A DNA stretch of 64,000 bases from positions 514,713 through 578,712 of the forward strand of contig JBNKHE010000001.1 in the NCBI GenBank assembly GCA_050290185.1. The letters run 5' to 3'. Positions within the stretch are counted from its first letter, which is position 1. Every line of letters starts with the position of its first letter. The DNA is from Pontiella sp. (GTDB taxonomy: Bacteria; Verrucomicrobiota; Kiritimatiellia; Kiritimatiellales; Pontiellaceae). Positions 40,061 to 50,099 of the stretch are shown piece by piece. The notes under the pieces are model-generated. The model saw only the letters and a program-made list of their open reading frames with translations, did not search any database and was not told where the DNA came from. A program made the translations under genes and the position numbers.

Positions 40061-41485
40061 CTAATGGACCTTCCGCAGGTGCGAAGGGAGAATACGGAGC
40101 TGATCGCGGTATTTCGCCACCGTGCGGCGGGCTATCTTGATCCCCTGCTCTTCATCCAGCATCTTGACCAGCTTGGCGTCTGAGTAGGGTTTCTTCTTGT
40201 CTTCCTTGAGCACGATTTCAGCCAAGGCGGCCTTAACGCTTTCATTGGAGATCTGATTTCCACTGGCAGTTGCAACGCCGGGCTTGAAGAAATACTTCAT
40301 ACTGAGCAAACCCCGCGGTGTCTGCATGTATTTTCCGGTAGTTGCACGACTGATGGTGGTTTCATGCACCTCCAGAATTTCCGCAATGGTTTTCATGTTA
40401 AGCGGTTTGAGCCGGGAAACACCATGGTCAAAGAAATCGCGTTGGATCCGGACAATTTCCACAGCTATGCGATAGATGGTGTTCATGCGTTGGTCAATGC
40501 TCTGAATAAACTGCTTTGACTTGGCAATCTTTTCACGGATGTAGGTCTTCACCTCTTTTGAGGTCTTCGGATCCTTGAGCATCTGGAGGTATTTTTGACT
40601 GATGAAAAGATTGGGGTACGGCTTCTTATTCTGGGTGATGACATATTCGCCGTCTTTTTTCTCAACGATAATTTCCGGTGTGACGTACTCAATTCGATCC
40701 TCGCTGAAATTCCGTCCGGGCTTGGGGTCCAGCTTTGCCACGGCAGCAGCCAATTCCTTAACACGATCCAGCGTCAACCCCATGGCGCGCGCAATATCGT
40801 CATACTTGTGGCGGGCCAGTAAATCAAGATGGCTGGATACAATCTGATATTCCTGCGTATCTGCCTTGCCAGCCCGTTTCAACTGCAAAAGCAGGCATTC
40901 ACGCAAGTCACGCGCACCAACACCCGGCGGATCAAAGTCGTGAATGGTATTCAGGATTTTATCAAGGGTTTCGGCAGGGAAATTGGGCAATGCAAGCAGA
41001 TCTTCTACATCCAACTGCAGATAACCGTCATCATCAATATTTCCAATGGCAATCTCGGCAATTTTCTTTTCATAGTCATTCAGCCCCGACAGCGCCAACT
41101 GTTCAAGTAGCTGGTCATGCAGGGACGAGGATTCGGACAACGAATCCATCATGTACTGGTATTTTTCCTCTGCATCGGCACCACCCAGTGTCTGATGGCT
41201 TTCGTAGTAATTATCGCCCCACTCTTCGCCAAGTGCAGCCAGCTTTTCGAGCTCGTTATCAAACTCCTCCCGCTCAACATCCTTGGTGCCCTGCTCGATC
41301 TCGATCTGCTCGTCGGGCTGCTCCTGCGTAGCTTCGAGCGTGGGGTTTTCAGATAGCTCCTGCTGAATCATCTGTTGCAGATCCAGCAAGGGCATTTGCA
41401 GGATTTCGAGCGATTGGAAAAGATGCGGCGCAAGTACCTGCTGCATCTTCATTTCTTGACTTAAAACTAAACCATGCTTTGCCAT
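40061..41485 (-). CDS. rpoN: RNA polymerase sigma-54
   Basis: DPPGVGARDLRECL, HETTISR, RpoN box ARRTVAKYR. Confidence 0.97.
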   Translation of the reverse strand: MAKHGLVLSQEMKMQQVLAPHLFQSLEILQMPLLDLQQMIQQELSENPTLEATQEQPDEQIEIEQGTKDVEREEFDNELEKLAALGEEWGDNYYESHQTLGGADAEEKYQYMMDSLSESSSLHDQLLEQLALSGLNDYEKKIAEIAIGNIDDDGYLQLDVEDLLALPNFPAETLDKILNTIHDFDPPGVGARDLRECLLLQLKRAGKADTQEYQIVSSHLDLLARHKYDDIARAMGLTLDRVKELAAAVAKLDPKPGRNFSEDRIEYVTPEIIVEKKDGEYVITQNKKPYPNLFISQKYLQMLKDPKTSKEVKTYIREKIAKSKQFIQSIDQRMNTIYRIAVEIVRIQRDFFDHGVSRLKPLNMKTIAEILEVHETTISRATTGKYMQTPRGLLSMKYFFKPGVATASGNQISNESVKAALAEIVLKEDKKKPYSDAKLVKMLDEEQGIKIARRTVAKYRDQLRILPSHLRKVH

Positions 41486-41702
41486 GCAGTTGAATTTACC
41501 CTCTTCTGCACGCATATCTCAAGCCAAGTTTATGGAAAACAAGCAAGTTCCGGGCGCCGGGAAAATTATTCGGAGCTACGGTTTCGTCCATCACTCAATG
41601 CTTTAAAAACCACTCCACCACCTCCCGCGCAATAAACCACTAAAAAAAGTTTCCATCACTCGGATGGAGCCTATTATGTTAAAAAATTTAAAGGGGAATT
41701 AG

Positions 41703-42545
41703 ATGGATTTGCAGGTATGTGTATTAGGCAGTGGTAGCTCAGGCAATGCCATCTATATCGCCTCCAGCAAAACGCGCTTACTGATTGATGCAGGTCTAAG
41801 CGCCAGACAAATTGCACTCCGTCTCGATCAGTTGGGCGTTGTTCCTGAAAGCATCAACGGTATATGCGTGTCCCATGAACACGGGGATCATGTTGCCGGG
41901 CTTAGAGTGCTCCAGAAACGGCACGGTATTCCCATATACGCTAACGCCGGCACCCTAAATGGAATTAAGCGGCAGCCCAAGGCGCACGAAATTTATACGC
42001 GGGTTTTCCAAACGGGATCAGCGTTTGAAATTGGTGATATTACCATCGAACCCTTTTCCGTCCCGCACGACGCCTATGAACCCGTCGGATTTCGCGTGCA
42101 AACTGCTCAAAGCTGTGTGGGCACGGTGACCGACCTCGGAATGGGAACATCGCTTATCCGCGAAAAACTGAAGGGATGCCAAGCCATTATCGTGGAATCC
42201 AACCATGACGAGGACCTCCTCAGAGAAGCTCCGAGGCCCTGGTCGCTAAAACAGCGTATTCGCAGTCGCCAGGGCCACTTGTCCAATATCGATGCCGCTC
42301 GATTGATCTCAGAGAGCGCTACAGAGGCTCTAGAACATGTATTTCTGGTTCATCTCAGTTCCGACTGCAACACACCCGAAACCGCATTGCGAACTGTGGC
42401 GTCGCAACTTCGGCTGGACGGCCTGGGTCATATAAGCCTGGAAGTATCCATGGCCGACCAGATCACCAAGCTCTGGCGTCCATCGGCCTCCCATCCCAAT
42501 AACCATGACCTATGCGACCGGGGTTGCATTGCAAAGGCTCTGTAA
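41703..42545 (+). CDS. MBL-fold metallohydrolase (YycJ/WalJ-like)
   Basis: LGSGSSGN, SHEHGDH, PHDA, ESNHD, GHLSN, HLS. Confidence 0.9.
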   Translation: MDLQVCVLGSGSSGNAIYIASSKTRLLIDAGLSARQIALRLDQLGVVPESINGICVSHEHGDHVAGLRVLQKRHGIPIYANAGTLNGIKRQPKAHEIYTRVFQTGSAFEIGDITIEPFSVPHDAYEPVGFRVQTAQSCVGTVTDLGMGTSLIREKLKGCQAIIVESNHDEDLLREAPRPWSLKQRIRSRQGHLSNIDAARLISESATEALEHVFLVHLSSDCNTPETALRTVASQLRLDGLGHISLEVSMADQITKLWRPSASHPNNHDLCDRGCIAKAL

Positions 42546-42830
42546 CCCTTCTGCCTGGCTTTTTGGCTCCACCGCCCGTAAGCGACAGCCGAGGCCTCTC
42601 GGATATCAGTAACGGAAGCGGTAGCTCGAGGTTTCTTATCCGCGCAATGGGGGAACAGCCGATCTACAACATCGTTACCCACGGGTAACCAAGGTTCTAT
42701 GGCTCCTCCGCGTTTCGTGCAGTACAGATCATGGCATCGTTGACCTTGCAACCTAGAGCCTTTGCTGAAGGAACCAAGGAAGGCCCATTCAACCTCGGGA
42801 AATCCCATGGTGCTCTGTCTTCGACCGCAT

Positions 42831-42863
42831 AAAAAAATCCCCTCCGTAAAAGAAGGGGATTTC
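42831..42863 (-). terminator. Terminator of the autotransporter gene
   Basis: AAAAAAATCCCCT...AGGGGATTT. Confidence 0.7.
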
Positions 42864-42890
42864 ATCATATTTCGTGAAATACCTTGAGAA

Positions 42891-45755
42891 TTAGAAGCGG
42901 TGAATGAAAGTACCACTCACAATGAAGGCATCATAACCTTCTGTGCCAAAGGTTCCATCTATATCCAGCCCGATTTCGGTCGTATCATCAGCCCACTTGG
43001 TTAATCGAACCCCCGTGCCCACAGTCACAAGATCCTCCTCACGCGCCATCGGAGTTGCGCCAATCGTGGTGCCTCCCAGCGTGTAGGTTTCATTATCCAT
43101 TTCAGCATTAAACTCGTGCAACCAGTGAGCACGCACTTCAGGTTGCAGACCCATTTCCCAGGTATACATGTCAACCTTCTGAATCATAGAGAGCGTTGCT
43201 CCGACTTTAGCCAAATGCGACCATTGGTCATAAGAATTATAATCCAGATCCGGAACGCCTGATAGCGAAGAGGACTCTGTGTAGCTCTCGCGGTTATACA
43301 GCGTATTCAAGATGGATGCTTCCGGGGTAAACAAAATGCGATCCATCAGCGAAATGGCATACCCAGCACCGATATACAGACCGAGCGTATGAGCATTGAA
43401 ATCGCCCTTATATCCCATGGTGCTGTATTCTGTGCTCACTGAGTTGAAGGCATAACTTGCGTTCGCATCGAAATAAGCCTTTTCACCATGAGTCGAAAAA
43501 TAAGCCATTACATTTCCTGTATCTGCAAGGGCATCCTTGTTCGCATATCCCTTAAGTTGGGTGCGGGCATAACCACCACCGATACCTACCAGCATATTGT
43601 CTACTCTTTTATCCAAGCCAACCATCGCGCCACCAATATCCGCTTCATAGCCCGCAAAGCCAGCCGTATTATCCTGTTCAACGTGGGAGCCATATCCCCG
43701 GCCCCAACCCTGCCAGTCTACCGGAAGACCGGTGGTTGCATCCATGCTTACATCCGGAACAACACCATGGACCCAAGTTTTCACCTTGTCGTAGTTATAC
43801 TCGTTTTCAATGCGATCCGAGAATGTCCGAATACCATCAAGACTTACCTTGGACTCCATCCGGTCAGAGAATGTCCGCAACGGCTGCCAACCTGCGGCAC
43901 CTGCGGGTGATGATGTGCTTGGGTACCCAACACCATCGTAGTACATCTTCGAACGCGTACGATGCTTAACCTGATCGGAAATCACCGACTGAAGCCCCAC
44001 CAGCGTACTAGCCATTTCGGTAGTCCGGACATAAGTATTTTTCATCAGGGCTTCGCCTGCCTGCGCGTCATTGGCCAGATCCTTGACCACATTGTAACCG
44101 TCCGATCCCGGCGTAAGAATCGAGGAGAGTGCTGCCATCGCCTTGCCAAATTCCGTAGACGTTTCACCTGCAACGCCTAATGCCACATCAAGCGATGATT
44201 CAGCGTAAGTCGCTTGGAGTATGCCGCCATTGACTTCCAAAGCGCTCACCCCGCCCAGCCAGCCAGCAGAGCCTCCCGGCGCAATCAGGGTTATATCCTG
44301 AAGACTCATGTTGTTAATAATAGCTCCAGTCCCCGTCACCGACGCCAGATTGAACTTGTCATTCGAATTAACAACCGTGTTGCCAGCATCAACAATCCAT
44401 TCCGTACCGTTGCCAAAGTTTAACACACCACTTGAGGAGGTGATGTTACCTCCGGAGATCTCTGTACCGTTTATTTGCGTATAGGTTCCGCTGATCGTGC
44501 TTCCGGAAGCAGTTGTCAATCCCGAGTCAAAATTAGCTACGGCAGTCGGGGAATCTCCCAGTGTTAACTCGTACCCATCCTGCAGATTCAATGTCTTATT
44601 GAAATTCATTGTGCCGTCAGAAATCAACGTATTCTGGAAATGAACAGCATCCCAATCATCTACATTTACGATACCGCCCGTTTGCCGTATGACACCATCG
44701 ATTGCAGTTCCATGAATGGAAAATGTGTTTGTTCCTGCGCCCGAAAACAACAAATCGCCGATTAGCTGCCCGCCAGAGAGGTTAACCGTGGATCCTTGAA
44801 TCTCGAGACTTGCACCATCCTGGCCAGCAGCTCCATTGACAGTTCCGCCAGCCCCCCCGGTAAGGGTTGCGTCAATAATGATCGCATCAGCCGTATCCAC
44901 CAGCTTCAGACCGGCTCCTCCGGTTGCTGTAGATTGTACTGAACCGATGGCTTTCCCGCCATTACCGCCAAATAATATGGAATTTGAAATAACCAATGAA
45001 CCACTGACATCGCTGGCAAATAAGCCAGCACCACCATTCGCGGTGGCAACGCCCGACCCGTTGTCGGCATCCCCCCCCGCTCCACCAATGAGTTCGCTTC
45101 CAACGACCGAGTGGGCTATCGTCGTTTCAAGCAGGTTGACCCCGCTTCCTCCATCCGCAGAAGAACTGGATGTACCAGACGTAGTAGCAGACCCTCCATG
45201 TCCCCCTTTGGCATATACATTGGTCAATGAGAGGGAGCCCTTAACAACTTCTATTCCGGCGCCACCCTCGACAGTAACTGCGAAAGAACCGCTTGCCGAA
45301 GAAACTATTCCCCCTTCACCTCCGTAAAAGCTGGAATCTGTAGAATGAAGCTCGCCCCTGGCCGTAGCATAACCTTGTCCACCGCTGGCAACAACATTGT
45401 CTGTAAGGCCATCGAAAATGGAAACAGTTCCTCCCAATCCCCCTTGCAGAACCGATGAATCAACAAAAATATTTCGATCATAAGGAGCAATTCCAATCAG
45501 TCTTGCCCTTAGTCCGGCGCCGCCGAAAACGGAGGCCGAGTCAGATAGATTGGTGGTCACCGAGAGGGCGTTTCCTCCCGTCAAAGTCGATCCACTGACG
45601 TAGTGCGGACCGACCCCGTCAGATTTAAGAATCAAAACCCCATTATCTCCAGGAAGCCCGTCTGCTCCCACAATATTCGTGTTGGTTATATCGACGGCAA
45701 AGCCGGACGAAAGCGAAGCTAAAATTACGGAAAAAACAAGAGCTGTCCTATTCAT
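42891..45755 (-). CDS. Autotransporter with glycine-rich passenger
   Basis: Signal peptide after a GAGGGGG RBS; repeated L.GG.GG / GGAG units; C-terminal beta-barrel (WGRGYG...) ending in F. Confidence 0.85.
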   Translation of the reverse strand: MNRTALVFSVILASLSSGFAVDITNTNIVGADGLPGDNGVLILKSDGVGPHYVSGSTLTGGNALSVTTNLSDSASVFGGAGLRARLIGIAPYDRNIFVDSSVLQGGLGGTVSIFDGLTDNVVASGGQGYATARGELHSTDSSFYGGEGGIVSSASGSFAVTVEGGAGIEVVKGSLSLTNVYAKGGHGGSATTSGTSSSSADGGSGVNLLETTIAHSVVGSELIGGAGGDADNGSGVATANGGAGLFASDVSGSLVISNSILFGGNGGKAIGSVQSTATGGAGLKLVDTADAIIIDATLTGGAGGTVNGAAGQDGASLEIQGSTVNLSGGQLIGDLLFSGAGTNTFSIHGTAIDGVIRQTGGIVNVDDWDAVHFQNTLISDGTMNFNKTLNLQDGYELTLGDSPTAVANFDSGLTTASGSTISGTYTQINGTEISGGNITSSSGVLNFGNGTEWIVDAGNTVVNSNDKFNLASVTGTGAIINNMSLQDITLIAPGGSAGWLGGVSALEVNGGILQATYAESSLDVALGVAGETSTEFGKAMAALSSILTPGSDGYNVVKDLANDAQAGEALMKNTYVRTTEMASTLVGLQSVISDQVKHRTRSKMYYDGVGYPSTSSPAGAAGWQPLRTFSDRMESKVSLDGIRTFSDRIENEYNYDKVKTWVHGVVPDVSMDATTGLPVDWQGWGRGYGSHVEQDNTAGFAGYEADIGGAMVGLDKRVDNMLVGIGGGYARTQLKGYANKDALADTGNVMAYFSTHGEKAYFDANASYAFNSVSTEYSTMGYKGDFNAHTLGLYIGAGYAISLMDRILFTPEASILNTLYNRESYTESSSLSGVPDLDYNSYDQWSHLAKVGATLSMIQKVDMYTWEMGLQPEVRAHWLHEFNAEMDNETYTLGGTTIGATPMAREEDLVTVGTGVRLTKWADDTTEIGLDIDGTFGTEGYDAFIVSGTFIHRF

Positions 45756-46145
45756 TATTCCCCCTCGGAAAGTTTGGATTACGTCACAACGCAATAAGCT
45801 CCCATAAACCACGATTGTTGTCATGCGGAAAGTGGGGAAAAACGCGTACCATCGTTTTACAGCTGATAAATGTTTGCTGCTTAGTTGTCAGAAAAACAGA
45901 AGGTCGATTTCCAAATATCAGAGAGCAGAAGCCAGACGACCCGCACACTCGAATAAGCAGTTTATTGAGCTGACGTTTCATGCAGAAAATACCCGTCATG
46001 CGCAGCAACATCGCGTACATAGAACCGCATCGATCGATTTTGAGCACAGCACCGCTGCACAGTCCACGCAATAATGATGCGCACTGGTGAACACGCACAC
46101 CAACAGAACGTTTCGAAGCAATGTAGATCAACCGGCAGGTTGCTT

Positions 46146-46580
46146 ATGGAAAATCAGATTCAACCGGATGACTTCAAAGAAGTCTTGAAATTGCCAACCG
46201 CCACTCCGCTGCCCGGCAGTTATGCCGAAGGCTATCACGGCCACCCGCGCACCACGACCGACATGAATGTCCGGGCGGCCATGAATCCCAGCAACGCCGA
46301 AAACGGGTTGATGTCTTTCACGACCGCGGCATGCACACCACCTTTCCTATTCATGAAGCAGGGCAACATCGTCCGGATGGGTATTTCTCCGGTGCGAATC
46401 GAGCTGCCAAACGAAATCGACGGCATGGAGTCCAATAACTGTTACCGCGCAGCCAGTCGATTAAAACCAATGGAATCCCGGTTAAAAAAAATCAACCTGT
46501 CCTATTTACGGAACACAAACACGTATCGAGCCATTTCAAGAACATGACGATCAGGAACATCTTCCAAAAAACGGAATAAT
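46146..46580 (+). pseudogene. Degenerate nucleotidyltransferase-family gene
   Basis: DFKEVLKL, YA.GYHGHPR.T.DM, VRMGISPVRIEL.NEIDG recognisable, with apparent deletions and frameshifts. Confidence 0.55.
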
Positions 46581-47231
46581 ACCCATTATTTGGTATCACG
46601 ATTTTTCAGGCAAGCCGGAAGGGTTGCGATACGCAATGCAGCCATCTAGTCTGCAACAGCAACAATCGCCAACCCGTTCCACATACGAAATCACTACAGC
46701 CAGCAACGCTCCGGCAACGCCGCAACCCACCCTGAACCACACAGATAAATAACGATGGACATCGGACGAATGGACCAGCCAGCGAGCACGAAAATCTCCG
46801 ACGCTGTGCACGAGAAAAAGTGAACGCCTACCGTGCTGGAGCAACGGAGATCGCTGAGGCTTGTATAAGAGATGATATGCATGGAATTAGACCGAAAGGC
46901 ATGGGTTGAAAGCGTCGGGTAAAACAACTCCGATATTCCGTTTGCTCTACACGAGATGAATTTCATGCCTGCCACACTGGAGTAACAAAGACAACGGAGG
47001 TGATTAGCGGAAATCTGCCCGGGTAGCGGGCCAAGGCGCGCTGGAGGTCGAACGACGGAACGCCCGCTGAAGGCAACGGACCTACATCAACGATAATCCC
47101 AAAGTCAGCAACCACTGTCTCTCATCCGCTACGCGGAATGGACGGCGAGGCGAACCGTTCCACTCCGTTGGATTTTTTGACCAAAAATTATCGTCAGATG
47201 CTACGGATGGCATGTGGACGACCCCCACAAT

Positions 47232-47259
47232 AAAAAAGCCGCCCCGAAGGACGGCTTTT
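47232..47259 (-). terminator. Terminator after the PEP-CTERM gene
   Basis: AAAAAAGCCGCCC-CGAA-GGACGGCTTTT. Confidence 0.8.
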
Positions 47260-47282
47260 ATCACTCTTGCCAATTCGACGAA

Positions 47283-47876
47283 TTAGCGTCGAGCTTTCTT
47301 ACGAGCCAGGAACATCCCGAGGCCTGCAACACCCATCAGACCGATGGTAGCCGGTTCAGGAACAACTTGAACCCAATCCTGTGTACCCATTGCAATAAGG
47401 GACTCAGAAGTATCAACTCCAAGCGTAGGAACATACCCTACGGCCGGGTCAAAAGCACCTACATTGGCAGGCGTAACGTCAACGATCATGGCCCATGACG
47501 AGTCAGCGTTCACCAGAACCGTGTAAACATCGGTTCCGTCTGGCACAGAAACAGATGGAGTAAGTGTAATTGCGGTCTGTTGGCCGATGCCGGCATCTTT
47601 GATGAAGATTGGCGAACTTGCCAGTGCCGAACCAGTCACAGCCGACAAATCTACCAGACTCATGCCGTCCTGAATTAATGGATTAAAGGTCGAGCTATTG
47701 ATCAAATAAGCCGTAAAAGCAGACGTAAACTGACCTCCAGTATCGCCGTCACCATCCGTGTATTCGTAGACTCCGCCCCCGGCTCCTTGCTTGAAGTTAC
47801 CGCCCCAGTTAATCAGACTGGCGTGAGCCATGCCCGACACGGCGACAACCGCCAATACTGCCATTGTTTTCTTCAT
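47283..47876 (-). CDS. PEP-CTERM sorting-domain protein
   Basis: Signal peptide; C-terminus VPEPATIGLMGVAGLGMFLARKKARR. Confidence 0.95.
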   Translation of the reverse strand: MKKTMAVLAVVAVSGMAHASLINWGGNFKQGAGGGVYEYTDGDGDTGGQFTSAFTAYLINSSTFNPLIQDGMSLVDLSAVTGSALASSPIFIKDAGIGQQTAITLTPSVSVPDGTDVYTVLVNADSSWAMIVDVTPANVGAFDPAVGYVPTLGVDTSESLIAMGTQDWVQVVPEPATIGLMGVAGLGMFLARKKARR

Positions 47877-47927
47877 TTCATTCTCCTTGTTGACTATTTC
47901 TTATCTAACACACTCTGCTCGATATGA

Positions 47928-48737
47928 TCAGGGGGTGAAGTTACGGTTGATCACCCATTCAAATCCGCTTGTGGCTTTATACCAAAACCCCTGACCCACC
48001 GGAATCACCGTGTCATTTGCATAATTCGCTGTACCGAACTGGCTTGCTTCCTGCCAGCCATCCAAATAGGCGTAGCTCGAACCATAGGTCCCGGAGGCAT
48101 CATAATAGACGTAGGTGGCGTAAGCCTGTGTAGAGGTATCCCATACTATAATCTGGTCACTGGCGTTTGCGTTGAACAGGTCGCCAGAAGGCAGAGTTCC
48201 AAACATTGTACCGAGGGTATTTGCGGTAGCATACGGGTTGGAAAGCTGCTGCAGGCCTACTACAACTGTATTCGTAACCGTTGCGTCCGTCTTAACTTCA
48301 CCCAACGTCATTAAAGTTGAGGCTGTCGACCCCGAGCCTTTGAACCAGAATGCCGATCCTGCGGGCAGAGTGGGATTCGCATAATTCGCGGTTCCGAACT
48401 GGCTCGCTTCCTGCCAGCCATCCAAATAGGCATAGCTCGAACCATAGGTTCCAGATGCATCATAATAGACGTAGGTGCTGTAACTCTGTGATCCGGCATT
48501 CCATGCAATCACCTGATCACTGGCATTTGCATTGAACAGATCGCCCTCGAATTGAGCTGGAGGAAACAGTTCGTTCAGCTTCTGACTTGTCGAAATAAAC
48601 GATACACCCACCATGTTGAGATCACCATTGGCCGGCTTAGTCACCTTAGAATAACCCACGATATTAGCGCTGTAGACTTGAGCGGAAACGATCCCCGCGC
48701 AGGCCACCACAGCCGCTGTCATTACTAGCTTTTTCAT
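47928..48737 (-). CDS. Secreted protein with an internal duplication (VYSANIVGY type)
   Basis: Signal peptide, AAGGAG RBS, two repeats offset by 120 aa. Confidence 0.85.
   Translation of the reverse strand: MKKLVMTAAVVACAGIVSAQVYSANIVGYSKVTKPANGDLNMVGVSFISTSQKLNELFPPAQFEGDLFNANASDQVIAWNAGSQSYSTYVYYDASGTYGSSYAYLDGWQEASQFGTANYANPTLPAGSAFWFKGSGSTASTLMTLGEVKTDATVTNTVVVGLQQLSNPYATANTLGTMFGTLPSGDLFNANASDQIIVWDTSTQAYATYVYYDASGTYGSSYAYLDGWQEASQFGTANYANDTVIPVGQGFWYKATSGFEWVINRNFTP
48019..48547. repeat. Intragenic direct repeat, offset 360 nt
   Basis: 48019-48130 and 48379-48490 are near-identical; similarity continues to about 48187 and 48547. Confidence 0.9.
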
Positions 48738-49077
48738 ACTTTACTCCTTCGTTATAAGTGAACCCATTCCACTTAGCATTTGATTTAATACACCTTCATC
48801 CGTTGCCACGCAACTGAATTTTATTTGTTTACACCTTACATTCCCCTGCTCATATAAGGCCATCAGCCCTAGACTCAGCCTATATCCAGCATATCCTTGT
48901 ACCTCATCTGGAGAATGCAACATTGAAAGCAGTCACCTGACTCCGGCGTTTTCAATAGGCCGAAAACGAACCCATTCCGCCTTCATACCTACTGTAAACC
49001 TACGCATATTTATCCACAGGACCGTCAAAAAAGCAAGTTAATGTTTGGTAAGAACCGGCGGGATTCACTGCAGGAAG

Positions 49078-49490
49078 ACTGCATATCAAACTGTCCGACT
49101 ATTTCTTCACCACTCATGCAGCCAGCTCTCGAATGAACCTTTCCTCTGCGGTTTAAAAATCCAAAATCTTCCGTGGGTAGATCCAGCCCTCGATCACCTG
49201 GGTTTGCTTCCGGGTAAACTTCGCGATGTTGCACCCCTTGGGAATGAAGCGCGGAACAATACGGTTGGCGCTCTCATTGCTTTCCCGCTCCCTGCTCAAG
49301 TACGGAAGGGCGTAGTAAATGCAGGTGCGCCACCGCTCACGGAACGTTCAAGGGGCTTCGTAAGCCAAAAACTTGCTGCCGTTGTTTACCGTGACGCTTT
49401 TGAAGACCGCGCGGAAGGCCTCCCACCTTTTCTGGCGTTCGGTGGCGTTAAGAGCCCGGCGATGTTCCTTTTCTGATGTTTGGTCGCAAA
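49078..49490 (-). mobile_element. IS30-family transposase remnant (C-terminal part, with stop codons)
   Basis: Manual translation gives FKSVTVNNGSKF, IYYALPYLSRERESNESANRIVPRFIPKG and YPRKILDF*TAEERF. Confidence 0.8.
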
Positions 49491-50099
49491 AGAAAAAGTG
49501 CATTCCGGCGTGGGTCTTTTTGCTTCGACCGGGCAGTTTAATTTATAGTCTATCGCAGAATTAACTGCTGCGCTTTAGAGATTCTAGGTATTTGGTTTTA
49601 TCTTTGCAAAATGAAGCTGAACACATCTACCCTAAACCTGCTCTAGCTGAATGATTTTAACCACGAAATACACGAGCCCCCCCCTCTATTCCTAATTATT
49701 TTTTCGTATGGTTCATGTATTCCTTGGTTCATATCCTTGCTAAGGAGCCGCATAGATATGGCAACTCACTCAGGGAATTTGTTTAGTCTCAAAAAGCACA
49801 CGCATAGTGGGATCTGGAAGGAAGAGACGGTAGTGCAGCAACCATAAGTCTCGAGGAAGGAAACTCTTCGTATTGAGCTTTTACCACTCCGCAAAGGTTT
49901 TACTTTTCTGGAAAGGTTTTGAACACCTTCGGTCGCCTAAACAGATCGTATACGAGTTAAATAATGGTCGTATCAATGGTTGAGATACGCATGGATGACA
50001 CCTTATGTCATTGAACGAGCTTTATTCCGCATGGATTATTCGAGTCCATTATTGCTCTGCCAACCCGGTGTTCGATCAGGCACGACACCCGATCGAGGA

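Noticed and set aside
48019..48490. Near-identical repeat pair as a DGR template/variable region
   Set aside because: Differences are synonymous and not adenine-specific, both copies lie in one ORF, and no reverse transcriptase is present.
49010..49018. Perfect DnaA box TTATCCACA
   Set aside because: Single copy; no cluster or dnaA nearby.
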